The notes under the pieces: model-generated
Databases searched by the model: none
Seen by the model: only the letters and a program-made list of their open reading frames with translations
Told to the model about the DNA's origin: nothing
In this document: positions 39,840 through 50,428 of the stretch, piece after piece
Numbering within the stretch: position 1 is the stretch's first letter
Layout of the letters: each line of letters opens with the position of its first letter
NCBI GenBank assembly: GCA_036744355.1
Contig: DAIOID010000001.1
Coordinates: 11,727-75,726, forward strand
DNA from: Brevundimonas sp.
Lineage (GTDB): Bacteria; Pseudomonadota; Alphaproteobacteria; Caulobacterales; Caulobacteraceae
DNA length: 64,000 bases
Reading direction: 5' to 3'
Translations under genes and position numbers: made by a program

Positions 39840-40667
39840 GGCTCAGGACCCATTGATGTGAGGCGTTCGATCTGATTCAGGCTCCTGAGGAGTCTGGATA
39901 TGAGCGACCTGTATTGGCTGACGGACGAGCAGATGGCTCGTCTGGAGCCCTTCTTCCCCACGAGCCACGGCAAGCCGCGCGTTGACGACCGCCGGGTGTT
40001 GAGCGGGATCATCTTCGTCAACCGCAACGGCCTCCGCTGGCGGGATGCGCCGGCGGCCTACGGGCCGCACAAGACCCTCTACAACCGCTGGAAGCGATGG
40101 AGCGAGGCTGGCGTCTTCATCCGGATGATGGAGGGCCTGTCCGGGGCTCAGACCGAACGCCGCACGGTCATGATCGATGCGACCTATCTCAAGGCGCACC
40201 GCACGGCTTCGAGCCTGCGGGTAAAAAAGGGGGTCTCGGGCGACTGATCGGACGCACGAAGGGCGGCATGAACACCAAGCTGCACGCCGTGACCGATGCG
40301 AACGGAAGGCCCATTAGCCTGTTCATGACAGCGGGTCAGGTCAGCGACTACACCGGCGCCGCCGCCCTCCTGGACAGCCTTCCCCGGGCTCAGTGGCTGC
40401 TCGGTGATCGGGGCTATGATGCGGACTGGTTCAGGGATGCCTTGCAGGCCAAGGGCATCACGCCCTGCATCCCGGGCCGCAAAACCCGCACTGAACCCAC
40501 CCGCTACGACAAGCGACGCTACAAGCGGCGAAACCGGATCGAAATCATGTTTGGACGCCTGAAGGACTGGCGCCGGGTCGCCACCCGCTACGATCGCTGT
40601 CCGACCGTCTTCCTGTCCGCCATAGCCCTCGCCGCCACCGTCCTGTTCTGGCTATGAGTCCTGAGCC
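39840..40667 (+). mobile_element. IS5-family insertion sequence (IS427-group-like), 828 bp
   Basis: Terminal inverted repeats GGCTCAGGAC(C/T)CAT; TA on both sides within CTAG context; two-ORF transposase. Confidence 0.92.
39900..40657 (+). CDS. IS5-family transposase, orfA/orfB joined by probable -1 frameshift
   Basis: orfA 39900-40247 (DDRRVLSGI, GLRWRDAP); slippery AAAAAAGGGGG near 40223; orfB with TKLHAV.D, GDRGYD, R.RIE..F..LK.WRR.ATRYD. Confidence 0.9.
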
Positions 40668-41167
40668 TAGCACTCTTCAAACTGGCCAAGAAGCGGTTCA
40701 TGCGCGGCGGCACCCCGCTGGACACCTTGTTGATCGTCATCGTCGGCGCGGTCCTGGGACGCGGCATCGTCGAGGGCGAACATTTCTACGGCACGCTCGC
40801 CGCCTGTCTGGTCCTCGTCGCACTCCACTATCTGCTGGCCGGTCTGGCGTATCTTGTCCCAGCGCTGTCCGCCGTGATCGAGGGACACCCCAGAATTCTC
40901 ATTCGGGGCGGACGGATGGACACGCATCAGATGCGCGCCGCGTTGCTCAAGCCTGAGGATCTGCGCGAGGCGGCCCGGTTGCGCTATGGGTCAATCGACC
41001 TCGAGCGCGTCATGGAAGCCCGACAGGAGCGAAGCGGCGAAATCAGCCTTGTTCTCCGCGGCCTCGACGAAGAACCTCATCTCCATGGGCGACGCCGGGA
41101 GAGCGGTCCGGACTCGGTGGAGCGGGCGACCGATCTGGGAGGGCGTGGCGACGAAATTTCAGGATGA
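40668..41167 (+). pseudogene. DUF421/YetF-family membrane protein, 5' end cut by the IS
   Basis: Frame LALFKLAKKRF..GTPLD..., EGHPRILIRGG, ERSGEIS begins immediately at the IS right end with no own start/RBS. Confidence 0.65.
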
Positions 41168-41290
41168 TTTCATGGGCCAGCGCCGCGAACAGGTCGCTGG
41201 TCGATGCGGTCGGATCACCGCGATCACCGTGAGGACGAGGTGTGCCGTCCGCCGACGCCCGGCCAAGCCGCGGGGTGGCTTCGGCGCGGG

Positions 41291-42114
41291 CTAGCGAGCA
41301 TGACCCGGCGCACCGGTCAGGCCTGCCTGAAAACGGACTGCGGACTCCGGCGAGCCCACGACACGGACGTCATGAGCGCCGCACGCCGCCTGAAGCGCGG
41401 CCCGAGCGCTGTCCCCGATCGTCGCGCTGGCGGGACCGGCCCAGCTCAAATCCTCCCCTACGCGGGCCCGGAGGGCGCCATCGGTTCTGTCGCGCAAGAC
41501 CAAATAACCGGCTTTATCGATATCCAGGCCGATCTCGGCATGAAACCACGCCAGTCGGGTCGCCGGCTGACCGCGCTCGCCGACGAAGAAACATCCGTCG
41601 CGCAGTTCGACCCGGCCGCCGTGAGGCCTGAGGCTGCCCGCCTGTTCGCGTCGTGGATGCGGGCCAGTACCGGATCGCAGGGCGGGCTGCGTAGCTCACC
41701 GTCGGGAGCACAAGGTTGGAGACAAAGCTCCAGCGAATATGCTCGGGAGCGGTCCAGCCGTTCTCATCGGCCCAGCGATCGAACTCGCGCTCTGTGAGGC
41801 CCGTGTCGATCGCAGTGACGGCCGCGTCCTTGCGGCTGTCGGCCAGGCCGTAGCCCAGAAGGGCGCCCCGCCGCTCCAGCCGCTCGATCCAGAGCTGGCC
41901 CACCTGGCGCGCGTCGCGCGGCGGGGGGCAAGGCTTCGCGAACGGCGCCCTGGGAGCGCGCGGGCGCGGGCTGGTTCAGCAACACCGCGTAGTCGGGCGT
42001 CGGGGCGTCGGTTTGACTCGCGTAGGCGGCTATCGGCATCTCGACGGCAGGCTCTCGCCCGGTGGGTGAACAGCCGACGCAGAGGATCAACAGGGGGACC
42101 AGCTTGTGCATCAC
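41291..42114 (-). pseudogene. Putative lipoprotein split by two frameshifts
   Basis: Lipobox-type N-terminus (41764-42114 frame), middle part (41514-41903 frame) and C-part GRVELRDGCFFV...WAGP (41291 frame) read as one continuous protein. Confidence 0.5.
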
Positions 42115-42198
42115 GTGACCTGCGGTCGCGGCGACCTTGCGGACGCCTTTGATCGGACGGGCAAGGCGACCTTTGGGGCGCAGCCGCCTCAGTTCCCG

Positions 42199-42597
42199 CT
42201 AATCGCGCAGGCTGGCCGGGACTTGGCCGCCATTTTCAGCGAGCTTGCGCCATACCGCCTTCGACAGGGCGATGTTCTGCTCCGCCGAGCCGGGGGCGCC
42301 GACGTGGACGCCGAGTTCCTCGGCCAGTTCCTTGCGGTTCTCGAGACTGGAATCCAGGTCGAGCAGCTTGAGGAGATCGACGATCGAAGTGCGCCAGTTG
42401 CCGCCGCCGCCCTTGGTCGCGGCGATCTGTTCAAGCACCTGCTCCACGTCCACGGGCTGTGGCGTGAACGTCGGCGCCGTCGGGGTCGGGGCAGGGGAGG
42501 CCGTCGCGGGCCCCGGCTGCGCCGGTTGCGGGCCGGACGAGGCCGGGGCGGATTTGTGCCCGGTGATCTTGTTCCAGATTTTTCCGAAGAGGCTCAT
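42199..42597 (-). CDS. DUF3597-family protein
   Basis: MSLFGKI, NWRTSIVDLLKLLDLDSSL.NRKELA.ELG, LAENGG.VP..L. Confidence 0.85.
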   Translation of the reverse strand: MSLFGKIWNKITGHKSAPASSGPQPAQPGPATASPAPTPTAPTFTPQPVDVEQVLEQIAATKGGGGNWRTSIVDLLKLLDLDSSLENRKELAEELGVHVGAPGSAEQNIALSKAVWRKLAENGGQVPASLRD

Positions 42598-42656
42598 CAG
42601 AAGGTCCTTGCGGTGATGGGAGACTTGGGGCCCGGACGCCGTCCGGGGCCAGGGGG

Positions 42657-43259
42657 TTATCGTTGAACCACGACCAGTTCGGTCCGCCGGTTTTCGGCGA
42701 GGCCGCCCTCGGTCGCATTGCTGTCCACAGGGTTGGTCTCTCCGCCCGAAAGGGCCTCGATGCGGCGCGCGTCGACGCCGGCGGCGGTCAGGGCCGATCG
42801 GACCACGTCGGCGCGAGCCTGCGCCAGCGTGCGGTTGGCGGCGTCCTCGCCGCGCGCGTCGGCGTAGCCGTACAGCCGCACGCGGGCGTTGGGGTACCGG
42901 TTCAGAACGCCGGCGACGGCCTGGATCTCGGGACGGTCCTGGGCGCGGATCGTGCTCGAGCCGGTATCGAAATGCACCCGTTCGAACGCGAAGGTGCGGG
43001 GCGCTGCGTCCGTGCCCGCGAGATAGGCGTCGAGGCTGGAAACGCCCACGGCGGCGTCGCCGGGCAGGACGGGCTGGGTCGCTGCGGGTCCGACGGGCTC
43101 GGCTGGAACGGTACGGTCGACGTCGTCGCGGCTTCCGCACCGGGTCAGGAGCAGGAGAATGATCAGCAGCGCAGCGGCGCCGAGGATCCAGGGCAAATAC
43201 CGTCGCAGACCCGCCGGAGGCGGCGGCGTGCGCGGATCGCGATCTCTGTTGAGGGTCAT
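42657..43259 (-). CDS. OmpA-family peptidoglycan-binding protein
   Basis: TM anchor; VHFDTGS, GYAD.RG, N..LA.ARA, NRRTE. Confidence 0.88.
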   Translation of the reverse strand: MTLNRDRDPRTPPPPAGLRRYLPWILGAAALLIILLLLTRCGSRDDVDRTVPAEPVGPAATQPVLPGDAAVGVSSLDAYLAGTDAAPRTFAFERVHFDTGSSTIRAQDRPEIQAVAGVLNRYPNARVRLYGYADARGEDAANRTLAQARADVVRSALTAAGVDARRIEALSGGETNPVDSNATEGGLAENRRTELVVVQR

Positions 43260-43334
43260 TGGAGGGCCTTTCTGGGGAATTAGGCGGATCGGACGCTTGG
43301 CGGCTGATCATGCAATGAGGGGCGGGCGGGCGAC

Positions 43335-43835
43335 CTAGGCTTTCGGCCGCATCGCCTCCGCATTGACCGCGGCGTCCGCGATGGTGGTGAGATCGTCATC
43401 CGTCTGGGATTCCTCCTGCAGCGTCTCGTCGAGCAGGGCGGCGGCGTCCTTCAGGCCCAGAACGAGCGCCCAGCGCTTGAGGGTGCCGTAACGGGTGATC
43501 TCATAGTGTTCGACGGCCTGGGCCGCGGCGAGCAGGCCGGCGTCCAGCGCGGCGGTGTCCTTGTACTCCTCGGCGATCTCATCGCCTTCGGCCAGGATGC
43601 CTTCGATCGCGTCGCAGGTCTTGCCGCGCGCCGGCTTGCCGATGATCTCGAACACCTGCTGCAGCCGCTCGATCTGGCCTTCGGTTTGATCCTTGTGCTT
43701 CTCGAACGCCGCCTTCAGTTCAGGCGACTGGGCCGCGCGAGCCATCTTGGGCAACGACTTCAGGATCTTACGTTCCGCATAATAGATGTCCTTCAGCGTG
43801 TCGTGAAACAGGGTGTCGAGCGTTTTCTCGGCCAT
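43335..43835 (-). CDS. Ferritin-like stress protein (YciF/DUF892)
   Basis: LKDIYYAE, H...TE.QIERL, CDAIEG, AQAVEHYEI.RYGTL; GAGGA RBS. Confidence 0.92.
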   Translation of the reverse strand: MAEKTLDTLFHDTLKDIYYAERKILKSLPKMARAAQSPELKAAFEKHKDQTEGQIERLQQVFEIIGKPARGKTCDAIEGILAEGDEIAEEYKDTAALDAGLLAAAQAVEHYEITRYGTLKRWALVLGLKDAAALLDETLQEESQTDDDLTTIADAAVNAEAMRPKA

Positions 43836-44303
43836 GTGGTTCATCCTCGGATCCGCGCCCTTCGCGCAGAACGAGAACGCCTCGAGGGGCGAAGGTTTCC
43901 GGTTCGTGGTCGGCTCGGCTGAAAGCCGCGCGCTTCTCCGTGCCCCGATCGAACGACCGAGAGCGCGATCCCAGCCTGCGCGCGACGCGATCCCCCCAAG
44001 CGGCCAACGGAATAGCAACGGCCGAACGGGTCGGGGTTGCCTTGGCCAGCTCGGTGCGAGGAACAGGGCGGGGGCGAGCGGCGTTCGAGGGCCATGCATC
44101 GCACCCGTACTGTGACGGCTGAGGATCAGGACCTTGATGCGCGCTGGCGGGCGCGGTTCGGAGAGCCCTTGCCTATTCTCGGCGCCGCAGAGTTCGTACT
44201 TGAGATCCTCGACAGGCCATCCAGGCCGGCGCCCGGAGGAAAGCGTGGCCGCAGGGACCTCAGCGGATCTACAGCGTGATGGTTTGAGCCGGTGCACGGC
44301 GTT

Positions 44304-47300
44304 TCATCGGAAATCCCGGGTTGGGACTCGGATCGTGTCGAGCGAGAGATCGGGGATGTAGATGTCCCGGGCCTTCGGCGTGCGGGCGTCCGGCGCGCTG
44401 CCCCTGTAGACTTCGTCGCCGCGGCCGTGGGGCAGAGGGAATGAGTCCCGTCGGCCGAGGGAGGCGAGCAGTTCCGAGCCGTCGTGCAGCCGTGTCGCAA
44501 CGATATGGACGACATCGCCTTCGCGCTGAACCTTGCCATCGACGACGAGCAGACTGGCGGTGAGCACGATCCGGCGCTGCTGTTCGTAGAGGCTCGGCCA
44601 GATCACGAGGTTGGCCACGCCGGTTTCGTCCTCGATGGTGATGAACATCACCCCCTTGGCCGATCCGGGCTTCTGCCGGACGAGCACCAGACCGGCGACG
44701 CGCGTCAGGCGTCGATCCCGCATCGCGGAGGCGTCGGCGCAGCTCATGACATGGCGGGACCGAAGGGTGTCCCGCAGGAAGGTCATCGGATGGTCCCGCA
44801 GGGTGAGCCCGACATGGCTGTAGTCCTCGACCACCTCCTGGCCGGCCGGCATGGCGGGGAGCATCGACTGCGGTTCGCAGACCTCCGACGTGGTCGCGCC
44901 GTCTTCCTGGGTGACCGCGAAGAGCGGCAGAGGGTCGTCGCGAAGCGCTTTGATCGCCCACAGCGCCTCCCGTCGTTGCAGGCCGAGACCCGGCAGGAAC
45001 GCATCCGCCTCGGCGAGGCGGGTCAGGGCTCCGACCGGCGTCGAAGACCGTCGCCACACGTCCTCCATGCAGGTGAAGGCGCCGGTCTGCCGGTGAACGA
45101 GAAGACGTCCGGCGTCCGCGTTCGCCAGGCCGCGCACCATGCGCAGGCCGAGACGTACGGCGAACCGGTCCTCTCGGTCGGTCGGCTCCAGGGTGCAGTC
45201 CCAGCGGCTGGCGTTGACGCAGACCGGGCGGATCTCGACCCCGTGCTCGCGCGCGTCGCGCACGATCTGGGCCGGGGCGTAGAAGCCCATCGGCTGGGCG
45301 TTCAGGAGCGCTGCGCAGAAGACATCGGGATGATGGCATTTGAGCCAGGAGGAGGCGTAGGCGATCAGGGCGAAGGAGGCCGCGTGGCTTTCGGGGAAGC
45401 CGTAGGACCCGAAGCCCTCCAGCTGGCTAAATGTCTTCTCGGCAAACTCCGCCTTATAGCCGCGTTCGACCATGCCGGAGACCAGCTTGTCCTTGAAGTG
45501 GCTGACGCCCCCGGTGAACTTGAAGGTGGCCATGGCCCGGCGGAGCTGATCGGCTTCGGACGCCGTGAACCCGGCGCATTCGATGGCGACGCGCATGGCC
45601 TGTTCCTGGAACAGCGGCACGCCCAGGGTCTTGCCGAGCACCTTCTCCAGCTCGGGCTTGGGATAGACGATCGGCTCCCGGCCTTCGCGCCGGCGCAGAT
45701 AGGGGTGGACCATGTCGCCCTGGATCGGGCCGGGCCGGACGATGGCGACCTCGATGACCAGGTCGTAGAAGGTGCGGGGCTTGATGCGTGGCAGCATGGC
45801 CATCTGGGCCCGGCTTTCGATCTGAAACACCCCCAACGTGTCCGCCTTGCGGATCATGGCGTAGGTCTTGGGATCCTCGGCCGGGATGGAGGCCAGGTCC
45901 AGATCGATCCCCTTGTGTTCGGACAGCAGGTCCAGACCGCGCCGCATGCAACTGAGCATGCCGAGCGCCAGGACATCGACCTTCATGAACTTCAGCGCGT
46001 CGATATCGTCCTTGTCCCACTCGATGACCTGGCGATCCTTCATGGCCGCGGGTTCGATGGGGACGAGATCGTCCAGCCGGTCGTTCGTCAGCACAAATCC
46101 GCCCGGGTGCTGGCTGAGATGGCGGGGGAAGCCGATCAACTGACGGGACAGATCGAGCGCCAGCCTCAAGCGGCGGTCCTGGAGATTGAGATTGAGCTCC
46201 TCGGCGTGCCGATCCTCGACGCCTTCGCTCGAATAGCTCCAGACCTGGGACGACAGGGTCTTGAGCAGGTCCTCGGAAAGTCCCACGGCCTTCCCGACAT
46301 CCCGCAGGGCCCCCCGTGAGCGGTAGCGAATGACGGTCGCGCACAAGGCGGCGCGGTTGCGGCCGTAGGTGTCATAGACCCACTGGATGACCTCCTCGCG
46401 CCGTTCGTGCTCGAAATCGACGTCGATGTCCGGGGGCTCCTTGCGCTCCTGGCTGACGAAGCGCTCGAACAGAAGGTCGTTACGGCCGGGGTCGATCGAG
46501 GTGATGCCGAGGACGTAACAGACCGCCGAGTTGGCGGCCGAGCCCCGGCCCTGACAAAGGATACTCTGGCTGCGGGCGAAGCGGACGATGGCGTTGACCG
46601 TCAGAAAATAGGGCGCGTAGTCGAGGCTTTCGATCAGTCCGAGTTCGTGCTCGAGCGTCGCGCGGACCGCGTCCGGGAGACCTTCCGGGTAGCGCTCGGC
46701 GGCGCCGGCCCAGGTCAGCCGCGTCAACTCCTGTTGCGGCGTCGCGCCCGGCGTCGCCTCCTCGGGATACTGATAGGCCAGCTCGTCCAGATTGAAGCGG
46801 CAGCGGTCGGCGATCTCCAGAGTCCGCGCCAGCGCTTCGGGATGGCGGGCAAAGAGGCGGTGCATCTCCTCGGCCCGCTTCAGATGTCGGTCGGCGGATC
46901 GCTGGCGGCGGAAGCCGACATCGTCGATGGTGCAGCCGTTGCGGATGCAGGTGACGACGTCCTGCAGGATACGCCGATCCGGATGATGGAAGAGGACGTC
47001 GTTGGTGACCACGGGCCGCACGCCGGCGGCCTCGGCCAACTCGCACAGAGCATGCAGCCGCAGCTGATCGCGCGGCCGTCGACGCAAGGTCAGGGCGACG
47101 AAGGCATCGCGGCCGAACAGTTCGGCCAGCCGATCGAGCCGACGCGCGCAGACGGCATCGGCCCGATCCGGGGCGAGGACGGCGATCAGGCCCTGGCTCC
47201 AGAGCGCGAGGTCGTCCCAGGACAGATCGCAGCCGCCCTTGCCGGCGCGGCTCTTGCCGAGCGTCAGCAGACGGCAGAGCCGGGCATAGGCCGCCCGATC

Positions 47301-47546
47301 GGTCGGATAGACGAGAATCTCGGCTCCGTCGGTCAGGACCAGGCGACAGCCGACGATGAGCCTCACGCCCGTGGCCTTGGCCGCCTCGTGGGCGCGGACG
47401 ATCCCCGCCACGCTGTTGCGATCGGTGACCGCCAAGGCCTCGACGCCGCAGATCGCCGCCTGACTGAAGAGTTCCTCGCAGGAGCTCGCCCCCCTCAGGA
47501 AGGAGAAGTGGGAAGCGCATTCCAGTTCGACATAGCGCGCGGACAC
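44304..47546 (-). CDS. dnaE2: Error-prone DNA polymerase III alpha subunit DnaE2 (ImuC)
   Basis: PHP domain [48 protein letters not shown] fold, C-terminal RDFR. Confidence 0.96.
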   Translation of the reverse strand: MSARYVELECASHFSFLRGASSCEELFSQAAICGVEALAVTDRNSVAGIVRAHEAAKATGVRLIVGCRLVLTDGAEILVYPTDRAAYARLCRLLTLGKSRAGKGGCDLSWDDLALWSQGLIAVLAPDRADAVCARRLDRLAELFGRDAFVALTLRRRPRDQLRLHALCELAEAAGVRPVVTNDVLFHHPDRRILQDVVTCIRNGCTIDDVGFRRQRSADRHLKRAEEMHRLFARHPEALARTLEIADRCRFNLDELAYQYPEEATPGATPQQELTRLTWAGAAERYPEGLPDAVRATLEHELGLIESLDYAPYFLTVNAIVRFARSQSILCQGRGSAANSAVCYVLGITSIDPGRNDLLFERFVSQERKEPPDIDVDFEHERREEVIQWVYDTYGRNRAALCATVIRYRSRGALRDVGKAVGLSEDLLKTLSSQVWSYSSEGVEDRHAEELNLNLQDRRLRLALDLSRQLIGFPRHLSQHPGGFVLTNDRLDDLVPIEPAAMKDRQVIEWDKDDIDALKFMKVDVLALGMLSCMRRGLDLLSEHKGIDLDLASIPAEDPKTYAMIRKADTLGVFQIESRAQMAMLPRIKPRTFYDLVIEVAIVRPGPIQGDMVHPYLRRREGREPIVYPKPELEKVLGKTLGVPLFQEQAMRVAIECAGFTASEADQLRRAMATFKFTGGVSHFKDKLVSGMVERGYKAEFAEKTFSQLEGFGSYGFPESHAASFALIAYASSWLKCHHPDVFCAALLNAQPMGFYAPAQIVRDAREHGVEIRPVCVNASRWDCTLEPTDREDRFAVRLGLRMVRGLANADAGRLLVHRQTGAFTCMEDVWRRSSTPVGALTRLAEADAFLPGLGLQRREALWAIKALRDDPLPLFAVTQEDGATTSEVCEPQSMLPAMPAGQEVVEDYSHVGLTLRDHPMTFLRDTLRSRHVMSCADASAMRDRRLTRVAGLVLVRQKPGSAKGVMFITIEDETGVANLVIWPSLYEQQRRIVLTASLLVVDGKVQREGDVVHIVATRLHDGSELLASLGRRDSFPLPHGRGDEVYRGSAPDARTPKARDIYIPDLSLDTIRVPTRDFR

Positions 47547-47561
47547 GTTCGTGCTTTGTTC
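47547..47561. promoter_or_regulatory. Alphaproteobacterial LexA box directly upstream of dnaE2
   Basis: GTTC-gtgcttt-GTTC (GTTC-N7-GTTC) abutting the GTG start. Confidence 0.8.
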
Positions 47562-47582
47562 TTTCTGGCGCCGCTCGTCAAC

Positions 47583-48155
47583 TCAGGTCTCGCGCAAGGT
47601 GCGGAAGGTCACCGAATATCGCAGCGCGGCCATGGGGGCGATGCTGTGCTCCCAGTCCCAACGCGCCGGCCCGTCCAGCAGATAGGCGGACCCCGATGGC
47701 AGGTCGAGCGACCGCCGTTCCCAACCCGACCCGGTCCGGCGGCGGAACCGCATCCGCGCCGGTGCGCCGAAGGAGATCCCGATGATCTGGCCGTACTGCG
47801 GTCGGTCCCGATGCCAGCCGATGCCGGCGCCCGGCTGATATTCGGTGACCAGCGCCTGGGCGACGGCGTCCCGCTTGAGGCCGGCGAAGCCGGCGGCGCG
47901 GTCCGCCAGCGGATGGAGAAACGGCGGGATGGGCTCGGCGGCCTCGAGACGCCCGCGCGTGAAGTCATAGCGGGAGCCGTAGGAGACGACGCGACGGGCG
48001 CCCTGCCAGCCATGAAATTCGAAGGGTGCGAAGGGCAGTTCGGCGAAGGCGGCGGCCAGTGCAGACTGTTCGTCGGCGTCGTTCAGCGCCGGATCAAGCC
48101 GAAGGCCTGCCGGCTCCAGCGCCGGCGCGCCGAAGAGATCGGTCTGGGACGTCAT
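47583..48155 (-). CDS. AlkB-like 2OG-Fe(II) dioxygenase
   Basis: Y.PG.GIGWHRD (HxD), EHSI, RYSVTFR. Confidence 0.88.
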   Translation of the reverse strand: MTSQTDLFGAPALEPAGLRLDPALNDADEQSALAAAFAELPFAPFEFHGWQGARRVVSYGSRYDFTRGRLEAAEPIPPFLHPLADRAAGFAGLKRDAVAQALVTEYQPGAGIGWHRDRPQYGQIIGISFGAPARMRFRRRTGSGWERRSLDLPSGSAYLLDGPARWDWEHSIAPMAALRYSVTFRTLRET

Positions 48156-48414
48156 CCGGCGACAACGCCTGGGCGCCGCGAACGGTGGCCGGGGCTGTGC
48201 GGACGGCCGTGCCTTCGACCGAAGCGCGGCTCATTCCGCCGCTTCCGCGACTGTGGTCCTCGCACGATAATCAGCTAATCAGGCCACGACGCAGCGACGC
48301 CGTCCGCGCCAAGTCGGCACCGGGCTTGGGCAAAAGCGAACGGGCCGGGTCGTTGACCCGACTTAGCTGACCGCCGATCTTCAACGCCACGCCGCTTCAT
48401 GGCAGAATAGGCCT

Positions 48415-48660
48415 ATGGGGACGCGCAAGACCTTGGTGCGGTCGGAAGCCGGCGTGACGCTCGAACGGATCGAGCGCCTGAGCGCGCGCGGCGCCGCGCA
48501 CCTCAGCGGCTTCGAACTGTCCAGCCGCCGGTTCGTCGAGGCCCAGCGGATCGCCGAGGAGCGTGAGGCGCACGACGCGTTCGACCTAGAGGTCATCGCC
48601 GTCCTTTCGGATCCTGAACTGCAGCGCGACGAGCATCGACGAGAGGAACCTCGCGGGTAG
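48415..48660 (+). CDS. Hypothetical protein (81 aa)
   Basis: ORF with typical GC3-rich codons; no motif. Confidence 0.5.
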   Translation: MGTRKTLVRSEAGVTLERIERLSARGAAHLSGFELSSRRFVEAQRIAEEREAHDAFDLEVIAVLSDPELQRDEHRREEPRG

Positions 48661-48670
48661 CGCTGAGGTT
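48645..48670 (+). promoter_or_regulatory. Putative sigma-EcfG/SigT (general stress) promoter
   Basis: GGAAC-N17-GGTT, 22 nt upstream of the ATG at 48693. Confidence 0.55.
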
Positions 48671-48692
48671 CATGGGGCAAAGGAGAACCCTC

Positions 48693-48902
48693 ATGAGCCA
48701 TACACCAGACCCGCGTTCCAGTCCTGACTCCGGCCCAGACGACGTAGACCGGAATTCGGACAGCGACCGGTCGCCCGGCATCGAGAGTCCCGACGCCGTC
48801 GGACCAGGCGAGAGCGACCAGAGACCTCAGGACGACGCCGAACACGACGTCGAGCGCGAGGACGCGGTGGACGACGACGGGCGGGGCGACGCTCAACCCT
48901 GA
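48693..48902 (+). CDS. Small acidic low-complexity protein (69 aa)
   Basis: AAGGAG RBS; Asp/Pro-rich, probably disordered. Confidence 0.55.
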   Translation: MSHTPDPRSSPDSGPDDVDRNSDSDRSPGIESPDAVGPGESDQRPQDDAEHDVEREDAVDDDGRGDAQP

Positions 48903-48907
48903 CGGCC

Positions 48908-50428
48908 CTAGCCGAACTGGCCGTGGATGAACCAGGCCTGGGACCCCGTCGCGGCGTCCTCGCCGTCGCCGGCCCGGAACAGCCAGAACCGCTCGCCCGC
49001 CTCGTCCTCGACCTGGAAATAGTCCCTGACCGCCCACATCTCGGCATCGCGGCGGCCCCATTCGCCGAAGATCCGTTCCGGGCCGTCGGCCCGGCGGATA
49101 CGGCGCCGGACCCCGCGCCAGGTGAAGTGGGTCGGCGGGTTGTCGGGGAGGAGCGCGAGGGTTTCGATCGGCTCCGGTCGGCGGAACAGCCTGGCAGGGC
49201 GGGGCCAGTCCGGCGACCAGGCCTTACCGGTGGGCGCGGCCAACGGCGCGAGCTTGCGCATCGACCGCTCGGGAACATCGCTCTCGACGGGCGCCAGGCG
49301 ATAGAGCCGCTCGGCGCCGATCCGGTTCGAGAGCGTATCGATCAGCCCGGAGACATCGGGCATCGCCGGCTCGCCGAGGCGGCCTGCGGCCGGACGCCAA
49401 TCCAGCGGTTCGGCCGCGCTGGCCGCGAGCGTCATGCGCTCGATGCCGAACCCGGGCTCGATGGTCTCGATCCGGTCGGTCAACAGGCGCGTCAGGCGAC
49501 GCGTATCCCGTACCGGCCCGGCCAGCCCGACGCGGACCGCTTCGATCCGGTTGTCGACGCGGTGGCAGAGCCAGTCGAGGCGGCGGACGCCAAGACCGCG
49601 CGCTTCCAGAAGGCCGCACAGGGCGGCGGCAAGAACGCCCGCATAGCGGGCCAGCGTCTCGGGGGCGCCGATCGGTTCGGCGAAGACCTGTTCGACGCGT
49701 GGTGTCTCCGGCGCCTCGACAGGGATCAGAGGCTCGGCCGCCCGCCCGTAGGCCTGATCCAGCCGTCGCCCCAGTTCCGCGCCGAACCGTAGCTGCAGCG
49801 GCGCGCGGGGCCGGTGGGCGAGGTCGCCGATCCGCTCGAAGCCCATTCGGCGCAGGGCGGCGGGCAGTTCCGCCGGGAGGCGCAAGGCCTCGAGCGGGAG
49901 CGGGGCCAGGGCCGCGTCGATCGCGAACTCGCCGACGACGTCCAGGTCGCGGCGGAAGCGGGCGACCGCATGGGCGGCTCCGTAGGTCGGAGCCACGGCT
50001 GCGCGGGCGCGGACGCCGACCCGCTGGAGGCGCGCCGTCAGATCGCCCAGAAGCGCCGTTTCGCCGCCCTTGAGATGCGCGGCCCCGGTGATGTCGATGG
50101 CCAGCCCGCCAGGCGGATCAGCCTGGCAGACGGGCGCGTAGCGGCGCATCGCCCATACGGCGAGACGATCCAGCGCATCTGCGTCTCCGTTCGGATCGGC
50201 GTCTCTCAAGTCCAGATCAGGGATCAGGGCCTGGGCCTGGGTGGCCGCCATGCCAATGCGCGCGCCGCTGGCGGCGGCGGCGGCGTTGCAGGCGGTGACG
50301 ACTCGTCTGCGGCCGACCCGGCCGGTGAGCACGAGGGGCCGATCAGGCGGCGGCGCGTCCGCGCCGAGCCGTCGGCGAAGCCGATCGACGGGCCAGTTCG
50401 GCAGGAAGAGCGAGACGACCCGTCTCAT
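48908..50428 (-). CDS. imuB: ImuB Y-family polymerase-like protein
   Basis: RRVVSLFLPNW, DITG.AHL.GGE, C-terminal GPERIFGEW..RDYF.VED..G.R.W. Confidence 0.92.
   Translation of the reverse strand: MRRVVSLFLPNWPVDRLRRRLGADAPPPDRPLVLTGRVGRRRVVTACNAAAAASGARIGMAATQAQALIPDLDLRDADPNGDADALDRLAVWAMRRYAPVCQADPPGGLAIDITGAAHLKGGETALLGDLTARLQRVGVRARAAVAPTYGAAHAVARFRRDLDVVGEFAIDAALAPLPLEALRLPAELPAALRRMGFERIGDLAHRPRAPLQLRFGAELGRRLDQAYGRAAEPLIPVEAPETPRVEQVFAEPIGAPETLARYAGVLAAALCGLLEARGLGVRRLDWLCHRVDNRIEAVRVGLAGPVRDTRRLTRLLTDRIETIEPGFGIERMTLAASAAEPLDWRPAAGRLGEPAMPDVSGLIDTLSNRIGAERLYRLAPVESDVPERSMRKLAPLAAPTGKAWSPDWPRPARLFRRPEPIETLALLPDNPPTHFTWRGVRRRIRRADGPERIFGEWGRRDAEMWAVRDYFQVEDEAGERFWLFRAGDGEDAATGSQAWFIHGQFG

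Noticed and set aside
39498..39840. Possible small or frameshifted gene left of the IS
   Set aside because: Plausible coding frame (GGYDDFINTPD...) but no clear start or family; cannot support a call
44112..44279. Small ORF MTAEDQDLDARWRARFGEPLPILG
   Set aside because: Possibly real, but no clear RBS or recognisable family
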